Shown: one piece after another, positions 26,601 through 40,221 of the stretch
How the letters are laid out: every line of letters begins with the position of its first letter
Numbering within the stretch: the stretch's first letter is position 1
NCBI RefSeq assembly: GCF_006345805.1
Contig: NC_043005.1
Location: forward strand, 5,456,001-5,520,000
Length of the DNA stretch: 64,000 nt
From: Octopus sinensis
Lineage: Eukaryota
Direction: 5' to 3'
The notes under the pieces: model-generated
What the model was told of the DNA's origin: nothing
The model's database searches: none
What the model saw: the letters and a program-made list of their open reading frames with translations, nothing else
Position numbers and translations under genes: made by a program

Positions 26601-29600
26601 GAAGTTTTAAGATCTTTGTAATGAATAAGCCCCTTCCCCCCCAAAAAACAACTGAATATGTATTTTCTATGCATGTGTATATTCCTCCTTGTTCTTTGAT
26701 TTGAAATTCTAACTTCTGTTCCTGCCAAAATTTATCTAGAAATGATTATCTCCTTTCTACTATAATATATGGGACCACATAATGGTGCTGGTTCCATATA
26801 AAATGCACCCAGTACACTCTACAAAGTGGTTGGCATTAGAAACAGTATCCAGCCTTAGCAACCAAGCCGAAACAGATGACTGGAGCCTAGTGCAGTTCTT
26901 TGACTTGCCAACTCCAGCCAAGCCACCCATGCCAGCATGGAAAATGGACATCAAATCATGATGTCTGTCTATGTCTCTATCTATATTTATATATATAATA
27001 ATAAATATATAATATTTATAAAATAATATTATAAATAAATGTAAATAATCTCGTTAGTCCTCAACACTTTGATAACCCTAATAATCTTTACCCATTTTAT
27101 TTAAATTACATTTTCCTCTTCTCAATCCGCTTCCAGTTTTCATCAATCAATATCTACAAATACAGGAATGCTTTATTTGTTCTCTGACAATATTCCTTGT
27201 TTTCTACTTTTTAACCCTTTTCCCCTCAATTCATTTTGAAAATAATGAGGAATTTAGTAAAATAACTATTAGTATTAAGCTGGTGTTTGGAGCAGAAACA
27301 AACAAGGAAAAACTTCGTTTCGATTAGTTTTGAAATGAGTGACCTCCGGTGGGTTGGTACCGAAAAACTAAGGCAATTATTAGTCTACCTGTTGCTTTGA
27401 TGAAAACTATTTTTTTTTACCTTGGTAGCATTATAAATATATACTGCTGTTTCTTTAATCTAAATCTGACACAAATTAATGATATATATTCTCAAAGAAT
27501 GCCATTACTATATCAGTCTCGAATTTTCTTTATGGAAGTCTTGTTTTATTCATGTTTTCTCATTTAATTCATATCATTATTATATATTATGTTTCATGCC
27601 ATTTCATTTATATTTTGATAGAAATTATTGTCATTATACTGTTCATGTTCTGATTTCAAATCTCACTGAAGTTGACAACACCTTTCCTCTTTCGGGGTTG
27701 ATAAAATGCAACACTAGTTGAGCACTGGGGTCAGTGTAATCAATTTCTTCCCTCCACTCAAAATTGCTGGTCTTGTGCTGAAATTTGAAACCATTTTCAT
27801 TTAGGTGGTGAACTGACCCATTAGAACCCGTTGGAACTCATTAGAATGTCAGACAAAATGCTTAGCAATATTTCTTCCCACTCATTACATTCTGAGTTCA
27901 AATTCTGCCAACGCCAACTTAACCTTCATCCTTTTGTGGTTGATAAAAGAAAATACCAGTCAAGTAATGAGGTCAATGTAATTGACTAAGTCCCCCCCTC
28001 CAAAATTGCTGGCTTTGTGCTGCCAAAACTTTGAAACCATTATTATTATTTGCTCAAAAATATATACCAATTATCACTTTTAACAATGGTTTTCTATTTC
28101 CAGATTGCATCATATCCTGTGCTAAAGATGGCTATATTCAGCAAAAGTAGTATTTCAGAAATGATGTGAAAGCAGTCTCCTCATATTCTAACAAACAATT
28201 GTTATTAGTAGAGAAAGAACTCTGCTGCCATACAATCCAACCATTCTTTATACAGGTTTTAGAAATGTCAATTTAAACTCAACTCCTCTATCATGCTCCA
28301 TTGTTACTCCCACTCAGGAAGACTCATCTAATTGTCTTTATATTCTTTGTAACAGAATTATTCTCTTCATTTAGAATTTTTAAAATTTTCTTCTTTTTTT
28401 TTTGTAAAGGAAACAAACCATTGTTGTCTTTTGGTTTGATTCCAATACAATTGCTTATCAAAATACGTAGATTTTTCTTCTTTACAAATCATATCCTACT
28501 CTCTGATTTATCTTTCCTGAGCCATTGCTCTCTCTCTCGATCACAGCTCTACTCTTATTCATCATTCACTACAGCTCCCTTCTTTCGCACCCTTATAAAT
28601 TACTCCTCCCACACACACACTGTCCATCCTCTCTTTTGTACCTTCAGAATTTGCCCTGGCATCTAGACACCACCGTCTTTATATTATTCCCAACTACTCT
28701 CACCCACCCTTGTATGATGCAGAGTAGCCTTGTATTTCCTCTATAGCAAGAGCCCTGTGCTTGTCCTGTCATACTTTTAGCTTCTCAACATCTGGCATAA
28801 GGCCACCTCCCGTTCTCTCAAATTCACCATCCCCCCATTACTTGAGGGACTTTTCGCTTTCCATATCTTGTCATGCAAGTTACTCTGCATCCTAGCTACG
28901 ACCAGCACGCAAAGAGCATCCAGCTATAGAAACCCAGGCTCATAGCCGACATTTGACTTTGATCAAACTGTCCAACTCATGCCAGCATGAAAAGTGGACA
29001 TTAAATGCTAGTTGAGGCAACATTCTTAATATTATAACCTTTGTTAGGCTCCTTTTGCTTTGACCAAATTAAAATTATTATTATTCTGGCAGAATTGTTA
29101 GCTTGCCAAACAAAATGCCTGCTGAATCATAGAATCCCATACTAATAATATAAAAATGATAAAGTCTAAAGTTTTATCAGTTTTAATAATAATCCTGGTG
29201 TAAGATCAATTGTATTCCTCCTGGTTACTAAAATTATAGCTTTGTTCAACTAGAACTATTTCTAATGAAAATAAACAGCTATGGCTGTGTGGTTGCTTCC
29301 CAAGCACATGGTTTCTGGTTCAGTCCCACTGTGTAGCACCTCGAGCAAGTGTCTTCTATTATATTCCTGGGCTGAGCAAAGCCTTTGGAGTGGATTTGGC
29401 AGACAGAAACTGAAAGAAGCCTGTCATACATACATCATGTGTGTGTGTGTGTGTATGCGCGTCAGTTTCTTCTTGTTTTGAAATGGTGTGATTGTTGTAA
29501 ATGAATGTTGTTGACTTTCAATCTTCTGTGAAAACTTGTGCAGCCATAGGGAACTATTACTTTTCTTGGAAACAGGTGAGGGTTGGAAGAGTATCCACCT

Positions 29601-30081
29601 GTTAAAAACTGTCTGGCACAAGCAAGCATGGAAATTTAGATGTTAAGTTAATGATGATGATATTTAAAAATGAAATACAAAAGAATTCTAGTAATTAATA
29701 GCAAACTAAATGACAACAAAGTTTTAGGTGTTTCTTTTGTAATCTAACAAACCATTTCTGAATTGTATTCCACAGGGATAATTCCATTTTTGGTTATTAT
29801 TTTGTTTCAGAAACCACTCTTTGATATGCTGTATATCTAATCCCCAGGAGCTTATGTGTCTAATAGATGGGTTTTCATGTTTGATGTTCTAGGCTGAAAG
29901 GGATCCAGCTTAGTAGCTAAATTAGGTTCAATAATTTATATGCCTTATTTTATATTATTTAAATAATTCTCTAGCTTTTTTTAAAATAATGTTTAACTCC
30001 CTTGTGATAAGTTCATATTTTTCTTTGTTTATTGTATATGTACATGTGTATATATACATAGGTATATCTTTGTGTGTGTAT

Positions 30082-30123
<42 letters not shown>

Positions 30124-30522
30124 CATACATACAAATATATGTTTATGTGTTTTGTGATGTCATCAAATGGTGTAAGGGTGGTTCTATAGACCACAACCTT
30201 CGAAAGGCAGGATCCTTCCAATGGACAGTTACTAGGATGTCTGAGGATATTGGTTGGAATGTAGAATGAAGACCGCATGCATGTGTGCTTGCTTCGTTTG
30301 TAGCATGCAATATTGAAAGCAATATTGTCTTTGCATGATTAGCTTACTCTGACATTATGAGAATTTAAGATTTTATGACATGTCACAAATTCTTAACCAT
30401 ATAAGTGCAAATATCTAGATTGCAAAGAGGGTTAAACCAGATTGTCTTTCTCTTTCTAACTATCTTCAGGTTTGGTTATTGGAAATCCTTCACATACACC
30501 AATCAGTAAAGCCACATTTATG

Positions 30523-30743
30523 TACGAGGGCATGCTGAGAAGTCCCTGGCTTTAGATAAAAGAAAATACAGGAGGGGCAGTTTATTAAGATTTTATGTAA
30601 CATATTCCCCTCTCAGATTCACACAATTATTGCAACAGTCCTTCAGTTTCTTCTAAGCCTTGTAAAAAAAGTTGGAAGGTTGGGCTGTCAACCAGGCCTT
30701 TCATGATACCCTTAAAGCCAGGAACTTTTCAGCACCCTCTTGT
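30523..30743. mobile_element. Mariner-derived MITE
   Basis: Left TACGAGGGCATGCTGAGAAGTCCCTGGCTTTA and right TAAAGCCAGGAACTTTTCAGCACCCTCTTGT form an imperfect ~30-bp TIR of mariner type. Confidence 0.75.
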
Positions 30744-30849
30744 GTGTGTGTATATATATATGTATAGAGAGAGAGGAGGATGAGAAAAAGAAAGATCTTG
30801 CACAACTTGCCACTGTTAAGGTAACTTGGGTTGTGGTGGGGCCTGACCT

Positions 30850-31900
30850 ACCTCCCCTCCAACAGAGGCAGAGAATTTTGTGTTATAGTGCAGGGCACTT
30901 ACAATAGCCCAGCATATGAACACCTAAACAACAGTGACACTTATACAAAAGTCACTGGAGTAACTGCAACCCTACTGAATGGCCTCATCAATAATATCTG
31001 CTGCTGGTGTAAACTTCCAGGATGGGTTAAGAGGAACTTCATTGTGCATAGCAGCAGAATACTTCCCCTCCTATTTCCTGATAGACTTAATCTCCAAATC
31101 AGACCTATAGCCCCTGCTTTAGAATGGCCCTTTTATGAAACCTCATGGGTCTTAGCAGTTCAGATGAACTTCATCCAGTGGCTACAATGATTCAAATCCA
31201 TTACCCTTAGATGTAACCGGCATGTCATCAGCCTGGACGTGGTCTCACTCTACACTTTAGTGCCTGCACTCCCCTTTGTTAACTTGACAACAGAAAGCAT
31301 CACTTCTGATGCACCAGCTATTGTCACCAACATGACCATTGACTTCATCAGCAATACATACAATGTTCCAGCCCAGGTGGTCCAGTCTGTTAGGTCTGCT
31401 GGCCATTATTTACTTGGAGCAGTTGAGGTACAGAGCACGCAGTACCTACTGCCCATACTGTTTTTTCACTAGGTCCATGGATGACATCCTCATACTCATC
31501 TTCTTGAGAGGAGTCCATCACAATACTGAAAGCCTTCAACAGTCTAAAGCAGCACATCATCAAGTTCACAATCGAACACCCTGACAACATGAATCGCTGT
31601 CTCTGCTTGGCTCTTGATTAAGCATTAGAGACAAGGAAAAAAAGTCAGCACGGTATTCTACCAGAAAGCAACAAGCCAAGACCTTTCCATTCACTTCAAG
31701 CCAGCTCTTCCCATCAGTGCCCAAACTGGCTGTGTATGGAGTGAGATCATCTGTATCCACTGCAGATGCAGTGACAACACTAGCCATGTTAGCCTGAACC
31801 CATCCAGTTCCCCTGGGAAGGAATTAGTGTGTACCCAGCATCTATTAACACTCTCCATAAATACAAGCCAAATGAAGCTGGAGGAATTTCTCTGGCACCT
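30850..31900 (+). mobile_element. Degraded Penelope-like element reverse transcriptase
   Basis: Frame-hopping motifs LQIRPIAP, VISLDVVSLYTLVP, FTRSMDDILI, IIKFTIEHPDN, STVFYQKATSQDLSIHF and SEIICIHCRCS follow the PLE RT/thumb order. Confidence 0.8.
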
Positions 31901-33728
31901 GTTTCCTGAGGATACCTCATTTAAATTTAACTGACCATTTATATTAATGGCTGGACTTTGGTCAGTCCCATTACAGACAATAAGTGGTTGGTCTTTATAA
32001 TATATATTAATGTAATTAATTTATGGGTATGTTATTTGGATAAATATTAATTAGTACTATTTATGAAATCTTAAGTACTATTCTTTTCTAGACCAGTTGG
32101 CATATCCTGTTATAATAAAGTGCTTATTTTTTTATTATTTATACACCCTGTTACCCCTAAAGAAAGATTAACCCACCTGCTAATTTTCTAGTTTAGTCAT
32201 TTACTCAATGGTCTGAAGCATTACACTGCAAAATGGTATGATTCAAATATATTAAGCCTTCTTTCTTCCTCTTGAGGCCCTTTTCTTTTCTTTCTATGTA
32301 TTTTTCTTCACTCTGATGAAGCTCCATGTACCAGATCGGATGTGTTATAGAATATGATGAATATTATTCTCAGAATTTTCTTTGGCAGCGCTAAGGGACA
32401 TTGGAAGCAGAAACGGCTGTTAGATGGGATAAAGTTTTGTATTAAAAAATTAATAATCAATGGTAGTCAATTTGTTGCTTAATTTATATATATATACACA
32501 CACACACACACATATATATTGAGAAGAGGTAAGGTTAAGAAGATAGAAACATAAATTTGAGTGTTTTTATGGTGTGTTGATGAAGAAGAAAAAATAATTT
32601 GCATAATGTATTTCATTGTTGTATCAGTCTAACTGCATGGCACCTAGAGCGAGTCCTGACCACAACGTGGTGAGTGGATTTGGTAGAAGGAAAGTGAAAG
32701 AAGCCCATCACAGGTGTTTGTATATATAAGTAATGTGTGCGTGTTCTTGTCCTGACATCACACGAGAGTTCTAAATGAGTGTCACTCTCATACAAGCAAT
32801 GTTTCATGAAAGCATGTCTGGCCAGAGGGGAAATATTTCCTTGGGGTTTGGCAACAGGAGGGACATCTGGCTATAGAAAATCTGCCTCATCGAATTCTTT
32901 GTCATCCATGCAAGCATGGAAAAGAGAACCTTAAGACAATGATGATGCTGACAAGGATGGTGTTGTTGCTGAGTAGAAGAGACAAGTCTTGAGTCTGCTA
33001 AAAAAAAAAGCTGATGGGAGAAATTATAGGAACATTTAGTTGAATTCTTTATTGGACGTCTTTTAAATTTAGAATTATTGGGAAATGTTCCAATTTAATT
33101 CTCAAGTTTTTCTTTGTAATTTCATATGATTTTTCTACAAAACATTCACAGGCCATACAGTAATGCATCTATTGTTGGTTTTTTTTTTCTTTCTTTTTTA
33201 TCTTTCAATTTCACTACTTTTGATACCAACCTGCCTCAGATTGTCCATGCTTCCATGATAGAAAGATACCTTTTTCAATGAAATCTAAATTTAAACCTTC
33301 CATCAAAATTTCATATCAATTCATGTTCCAAACACAATTTTAATAATGGCAGATTTATTTTACTAAATTCTTCGTTAACTTCAAAATTAATTGAAACAAT
33401 AGGACTATGGTTAAGATTAAAATCATTTATAAAATTTTGTGCTAATTTTTGTTCCAAACAGGTGTTTAATAATGACAGTTATTTTACTAAATTCTTGAAG
33501 ATTAATTTCAACAAAGACGGTGTATTTCAACAGAAATATGGTAACAAAAAAGGTTGAATTACTCCTATTTTACTGTTTGAATTCCATGAATTATAGTTGC
33601 AGTATGTTACTGCTACATACTTGTAAATGAAAATAAAAGATTGTTACAATTGTACTAAATGTCCCCTCACATACTCCAAATTCTTTTAATTTTATGTATT
33701 GTTTTCTTCTTCTTTTGCTTCTTTCCAG

Positions 33729-33871
33729 ATGGCCCATTTTGTTTCTGTTCCAATGCCAATAACAACACGTACTGGTGTATTCGTACAGTTAATGAGACTC
33801 ACAACTTCCTCTACTGTGAATTCATCACTGGCTTTATCAGTTATTATAACATGCTGGAAGACCCATATCAG
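33729..33871 (+). CDS. Sulf1: Sulf exon [47 protein letters not shown]
   Basis: Close match to the SULF1/2 C-terminal motif [46 protein letters not shown]. Acceptor ctttccag (phase 1), donor CAG|gtaaac (phase 0). Confidence 0.97.
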
Positions 33872-34360
33872 GTAAACCCATTAATTTTTCTTTTTTTTTG
33901 TTTCATGCCAGACTTGATTTGGTTATGAAATAAGAAATATCATCTCTGTATAAGAATAATTGCCAATATATTGGTTGGTTGCTATAGAGAGAGGTGGAAA
34001 GAGTTAAGATAAGAGGTGCAAAATGAGTGCACCTATTAGGCTTGGTGGCAGGCAGTGGGTTAATGAAGGCTGTGCACCCAGTGAGATTAAAATTCATTTA
34101 GATGGGAGGAGGAATAGAGGGAATAAATGACACGGTATTTTGGGGAAGGGCTATATAAATGAGAAATTTGTTTATTAAAGTTTTATTTTAAGGTAATAAA
34201 TATATTTTTCTTTTGTTTATGTGTGCATAACAGAGACAAAGATACTGTTTATCAAAACAATGACTTTTAGATACAAAAATGAACATTATTAACCATCACT
34301 TATCACATTAATATCATTGTGCATGTGTATATGTCTGTATGTATATATATATATCATCAT

Positions 34361-34860
34361 CATCATCATCGTTTAGCGTCTGCTTTCCATGCTAGCATGG
34401 GTTGGACGGTTCAACTGGGGTCTGGGAAGCCAGAAGGCTGCACCAGGCCCAGTTTGATCTGGCAATGTTTCTACGGCTGGATGCCCTTCCTAACGCCAAC
34501 CACTCCATGAGTGTAGTGGGTGCTTTTTACGTGCCACCGGCACGAGGCCAGTCGGGGCGGCGCTGGCAACGGCCACGTTCGGATGGTTCTCTTACGTGCC
34601 ACCGGCACTGGTAACTCAGCTACAATTTCCATTGATCGATTTCGATTCTGATTCTCACTTGCCTCAACAGGTCTTCACAAGTAGAGTTTTGTGTCCCAGG
34701 AAGGGAAGGTATGCATAAGTGGGCTGGCTACATCCCATGTAGAAGGCCCCGGGTTATGGTCTCACTTGTCCTGCCAGGTCTTCTCACGCACAGCATACTT
34801 CCAGAGGTCTCGGTCTCTAGTCATTTCCTCAGTGAGACCCAAAGTTCGAAGGTCGTGCTT
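34361..34860 (-). mobile_element. 5'-truncated RTE-clade LINE 3' end with (GAT)n tail
   Basis: Minus strand reads KHDLRTLGLTEEMTRDRDLWKYAVREKTWQDK*, then a 3' UTR ending in (GAT)n; homologous to 50440-51350. Confidence 0.85.
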
Positions 34861-34861
34861 C

Positions 34862-35225
34862 GTGCAATGGCCCAGTGGTTAGGGTATCAGACTTGAGGTC
34901 GTAGGATTGCAATAAACACTCACAACGCCCAGACAGGGTGTTGTGAGTGTTTATTGAGTAAAAACACTTAAAGCTCCATGAGGCTCAGGCAGGGAGTGGT
35001 GGTGAACCCTGCTGTACTCTTTCACCACAACTTTCTCTCACTCCTTCTTCCTGTTTCTGTTGTACCTCTATTTCAAAGGGGCCAGCCTTGTCACACTCTG
35101 AATGTCCTCCAGAATTACGTTAAGGGTACACATGCTCAGCCACTTGCATGTTAATTTCACAAGCAGGCTGTTCCATTGATTGGATTGACTGGAACCCTCA
35201 CTGTTGTAACTAATGGAGTGCCATA
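34862..35225 (+). mobile_element. tRNA-derived SINE (third family) with an internal 21-bp fold-back
   Basis: A-box-like TGGCCCAGTGGTTAGGG head; hairpin at 34910-34956. Confidence 0.65.
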
Positions 35226-35950
35226 GTATATTTATATATATATATGTATGTATATACACACACGCACACACATCAAAAGTGTATAGTGAGCCATAGGCTG
35301 ATTTCCCAGATACTGTGGTGTATAAATTCCCCCACCACCAGTCCATTGTAGGATTACTCATTTTTGCAAAATCCTGACCACTAAACTATGTACCCCATAT
35401 ATATCTATATATATATATATACACACACACACACAAAGAGAAATGCCTTGTTTATGCACTGTGTTTAAAAAACAATGTCACCATGCATGTAGTGTCATAG
35501 TTTACAACCAACCTAAAACCATTTAGTTAGTTGTTCAACAGACCAAGGGTAGCAGTGCCTTAATTCTCTTACTCAGAAACAATTAAGGATTGGCAGCAGG
35601 AAGGGTATCCAGCTTCAGTGAGCCTTGTTCAACCTATGCTAGTGTGCGAAAAGCAGATTGAAAAACTAGGGTGGTGATGATAGCGATGACTATAATGACA
35701 ACAAAGATGATGATGATGATGGCTATGACAACACAAATGATGGTTATGATGACAATGATGATAGGAACAACAACTATGATTAGATACAGATTTGAGTTCC
35801 TACAAAAATTCATGATTGAAAAAATTTTCATCCTCAACACAGCCAACATTATATTACAAGGACAGTTTTGTGTATTTGATAGAGTTTTGAAAACTTGTGT
35901 TACATATTCCATGTGGAAGCAATTTTTAATTCGGTTGATTTTGATTCCAG

Positions 35951-36068
35951 TTGAAGAACAGCATTCATGAAATAAATTATGGTGTGCTGCAACAGCTCCA
36001 TGCCAATTTAGAAAAACTCAGAAAATGTAAAGGTGCTAAGGAATGCAGTTACGATTACCTCGATGAAA
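35951..36068 (+). CDS. Sulf1: Sulf exon LKNSIHEINYGVLQQLHANLEKLRKCKGAKECSYDYLDE
   Basis: Matches SULF LxNxVxxLxxxxLNQLHxQLMELRSCxGxKQC. Acceptor ttccag (phase 0), donor A|gtaagt (phase 1). Confidence 0.95.
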
Positions 36069-39000
36069 GTAAGTACAACTTAGTTATCACTGTAGTTTTG
36101 GTTTTTTGTTTTTTTACATTTTATTTTTGTTAAAAATGTTAAAAGAAAAGTTTCATTTTATATCTTCCATTGAATGGAAAATGAATTTTTCAGTTTTTAA
36201 ACGACTTTTATGTATTCTGACACCAGAAAAATTCTGTAATGTCAATGAACTGCATCCAATAACAGAAACCCTGTCAAAGCAGATATTGGAACTCAACACA
36301 GTTCTCCAGCTCATCAAATTCTGTCAAAGCCATCTGCACCATGCTAGCATGGAAGATGAATGTTGATCCCTGTTCTATTATTATTTAAATTCCAGTGTAT
36401 CACTTCCTATATTTAACTCCATCAAGTGTACATCTCCCGGCTGCAGGTTCAGTTTTTACTACTTACAACTCATAAGCAAAGTCAGTAAATATCAGTTCAG
36501 TTGGTTTTGAGTCTTTCAACATAGAATGTTGTGTCAAATTTAAAGCCATTTCCAACTACATGATTTCAGGTTCAGTCCCACTGCACACTACCTTGGGCAA
36601 ATGTTTTCTATTATAGTCTCAGGTCAACCAAAGCCTTGTGAATGGATTTGGTAAACAGAAACTGAATTCTGCTGAGTGTGTAGTGTGTGTACTCTTGTCT
36701 TGGCTTTGCATGATAGTTGAAAACAAGTGTCATTCATTTCCAATATTCTGTGAAAACATTTCTGGCCATATGGAAATATTACCTTGCTTTGAAATAGGAG
36801 AGGGTTGGCAACAAGAAGGGCATCAGGTTGTCAAAAATCTGCCTCAGTGTGCATTTAAAAGTGAATGCTAAGATGATGATGATGATGATAATGTGTGTCT
36901 GCCTGTCTTGACACGACACATGTAAGTGATTGTCATAGAAGTAGTGTCTTATGTTTCCAGTCTTTCATGGAAAGATGTCTGGCCACAGGAGAATATTACC
37001 TTGCTTGACAACAGGTTAGGGTTGGTGACTGGAAGTGGATGTTAAAATGATGATGTCATGTGTGTAGACATGATGTGATGGCTGTCAACAAGTGACACCA
37101 TCATACAAGCCATGTGTTTCCAGTCTTCCACAGAAACCTGTCTGGTCATGAAGAAATATAACCTTGTTCCAGAACAAGTGACGGTTCCTCATGTGACAGT
37201 AAAGACATCCAGCCATGGAAAGGCTGTATCAGGGAATTCTGCCCAACCCATGCAAGCATGGAAAAGTGAGCTTCAAACAGTGAAGATGGTGGAACAAACT
37301 GAATTGACAAATGAAATAGATGTTAATATATTTTAACTTCTCAAACCTTCCCTTAAATATGGATCTTTAATTACAAAGGAGTTTTTCTGGACTTGGAAAG
37401 ATTAAAATGGATGATAGATAGTTTTCATTTCTAACATATATTTGTGTGTGTGTGTATGAGTATATATTAATCATCTATATATTTTTCATACTAACATATA
37501 TTTCTATCTCTTTTTTCTTCATTTTTTCAGAATGGCAGAATATTTTACCTTATATTTGATAAACTCTATAAATATATTAATATTAATTTGAATATATATT
37601 TATTCAATAATTTATTTTAAAAATTGGTGAGGATTTATTTAAAACTATTTGTTAGTCTATTTAGATTGTTGTCTGTCTTTGTCATTGTTGACTCACGGTT
37701 ATATCATGCTCACACGCTCTGGCAAAAATCTCCCACAAATCACTTGCTATGTTATTGGCACCAACAAAGCATTCAACTGCTTTTGGTACAGAGCCCCAAC
37801 AGCATCACCTGCTTCTAGTTTTCTACTCCTCTTTCTATAGCTGATTGTGAAGTGAACTTCACAGCTATATGGTGTCAGGTTCAGTCCCACTACATGGATC
37901 CTTGGGCTTGCCAAGGCTTTGTGAGTGAATTTGGTAGATGGATAGTGGAAAAAAACCTGTTGTGTGCATGTGTGTGTGTATATATATATATACACACACA
38001 CACACATAGGTAATTTATGTATCTCTATGTTTGTCTCCAGGTGTTGACATCATGTAACTATTGTAAATGAGTGTCACTGTCATTTGTTTCCAATCTTCTG
38101 TAAAAACACAATCGGCCTTGGGAGAATAGGATCTTATTTGGAAACAGATGAGGGTTGGTGAAATGTGTAGCATCTGGTCATAGAAAATATACCTCAATAA
38201 ATTCTGTACAATCCATGCAAGTATGGAAAAGTGGATGTTAGAATGATGATGAGGATGATAGTCATGTTCAAACCTTGCTATGGCCACTAATTTTGTAACC
38301 CTGGACAAGGTTCAGTATTTTATTTTCTTCCAATCCAACAGCCTAACAATAACAGGTTCAACTTCAGATACGTGATTGATAGGGTTCTTTGAAACCCTCT
38401 ATCAACTCAGGTCAATATAATTGTGTTGGTTGTTTCCCCACACACTTCCTTCTGTATACTAGTGACCATCACCATTCAATATCTGTTTTAGTATGGTTTC
38501 TACAACTGGATGCCTTTCCTAATGCCAACCACTTTACAGTGTGTACTGGGTACCTTCTACATGACTCCCAGCTCTAGCAAGGTCACCAAGTAATTAGCAA
38601 AGCGAGGCCCCTAACTCAGTGGGGAAGTGGTATTGAGGCAGGTGATTCTGTGTCAGTGGGAAGAATAAGAGAGGGACGACAGACACAGGGGTCTTGGAGT
38701 AGAGGAGATACATTGCTTCCTCAGCTGAAAGAGAGAAAATGGTTGTGACAATGTTACAGGATGATGAATGACACTTTAAGGTTAATTCTGTGGCCCCGTA
38801 TTTCAGTACCGGTCACACATCATTATGGTACAGTTATGGCACACAAACATTTTGGAATGTATCTCCTCCCCACCACCACCACCACCACTTCCACCAAAAA
38901 TGCCACCTGAGTTTTAAACACGTAACAGTTAGCATCTCTTCTACCACTCTATCTGCTATTTTGAACTGTAAAATTGTACACCTGCCTTGCTCATTTTTGC

Positions 39001-39544
39001 AATCCCATCTCCAGATCCCATACTGATCCTGCTGTTCTATCCTTGTTGAAAGATCTTTCTTCCCACCACCACCACCATGCCTCTATATTTACCCCCCCCA
39101 TTTCAAAAATTAAACTGAACATTAGCTGTACAAACATGCTTATATATCTGAAAGCAGTTTGGGATGATCAGCAGAAATTATAGGGGATGCTTTTTGCTTT
39201 ATTTAATAACAGAACAAAAGATACTGTGCACATTGGGAGTCATGCATAAACACTTAGTTCTGCTTCACAATCACATGAGGTGGGTTCAATTTCACTGTGC
39301 AGCAGCACCTTGACTAAATGTTTTCTACAATAGCCACAAATCAACCAAATAGTACATGAGGGGAAACTGAAAGAAGCTGAGTGTGTATGTGTAATATATA
39401 CACACACACATTCATCAATCAGGAGTCTTCCCTGTGTCTTGGGGCCAACTTGCCTTGACATCCTAGTTCCTTCCCTGTTGTGCTGTATGTATATAACCAG
39501 CCAGGCTCTTATTTCCACTCCATTCCATTGATGTCTTTGCCCAA

Positions 39545-40135
39545 TCTCTTACTCTTCTTCACACCTTCAGGATGGTCTTGGGCAATGACTCATGGTACAT
39601 TTTATAGCCAAAATATGATCAGTTTGTGGACTTGATTCTCAATAATAAGTGTCTTTGAGCTTTAAGCTTTTCTAGCACTGCAGTATTTGTTATCCTGTCT
39701 TCCCAGCTTATCTTGCTTAATCTGTGAAAGATCCACTTCTCAAAACTTTCCTTTCATTTCCCATCAATATGTGCATTATCCAAGTTCCTGTCCAGTAGAG
39801 GAGAATTGGTATAATATAACAGTTTACTAGCCTCACTTTTAGATGCATGTTATCTTTCCAGGTGAAGATCCTTTTCATTCTTATAAATGTTGTTTTAGCC
39901 TTATTTATTCTTATTTCTTGATTTAGTATTTGTTCTAAATACTTGAAGTTTTTTCCACTTGTTCCGGCTTCTGCTCATCTACCTTTATATTTGCTTCTTT
40001 CTGTTCTGTCTTATTAATAACCTTTGTCATTTTTACATTCATATTTAGGATTTTCTTCTCACAAAGCTCTTTCACATCAACAGTTTCTCATAATTCTTCC
40101 TTGTTGCCTGCCAACACTGCTGTGTTATCAGCATG
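39545..40135 (-). mobile_element. Degraded RTE/BovB-like LINE RT C-terminal fragment
   Basis: Minus-strand relics KNFKYL, RINKAKTTFIRMKRIFT, KVRLVNCYIIPILLY and RLSKISWEDRITNTAVL. Confidence 0.75.
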
Positions 40136-40221
40136 TCTAATATTGTTTATGTTCAAGCCATTGGCTGCGACTCCTACATACTCACACACACACACATATA
40201 TATATATATATACACACACCG

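Noticed and set aside
35671-35970. Met/Thr-rich ORF upstream of a Sulf exon
   Set aside because: Produced by a degenerate (GAT)n tract; the real exon starts at 35951 in another frame.
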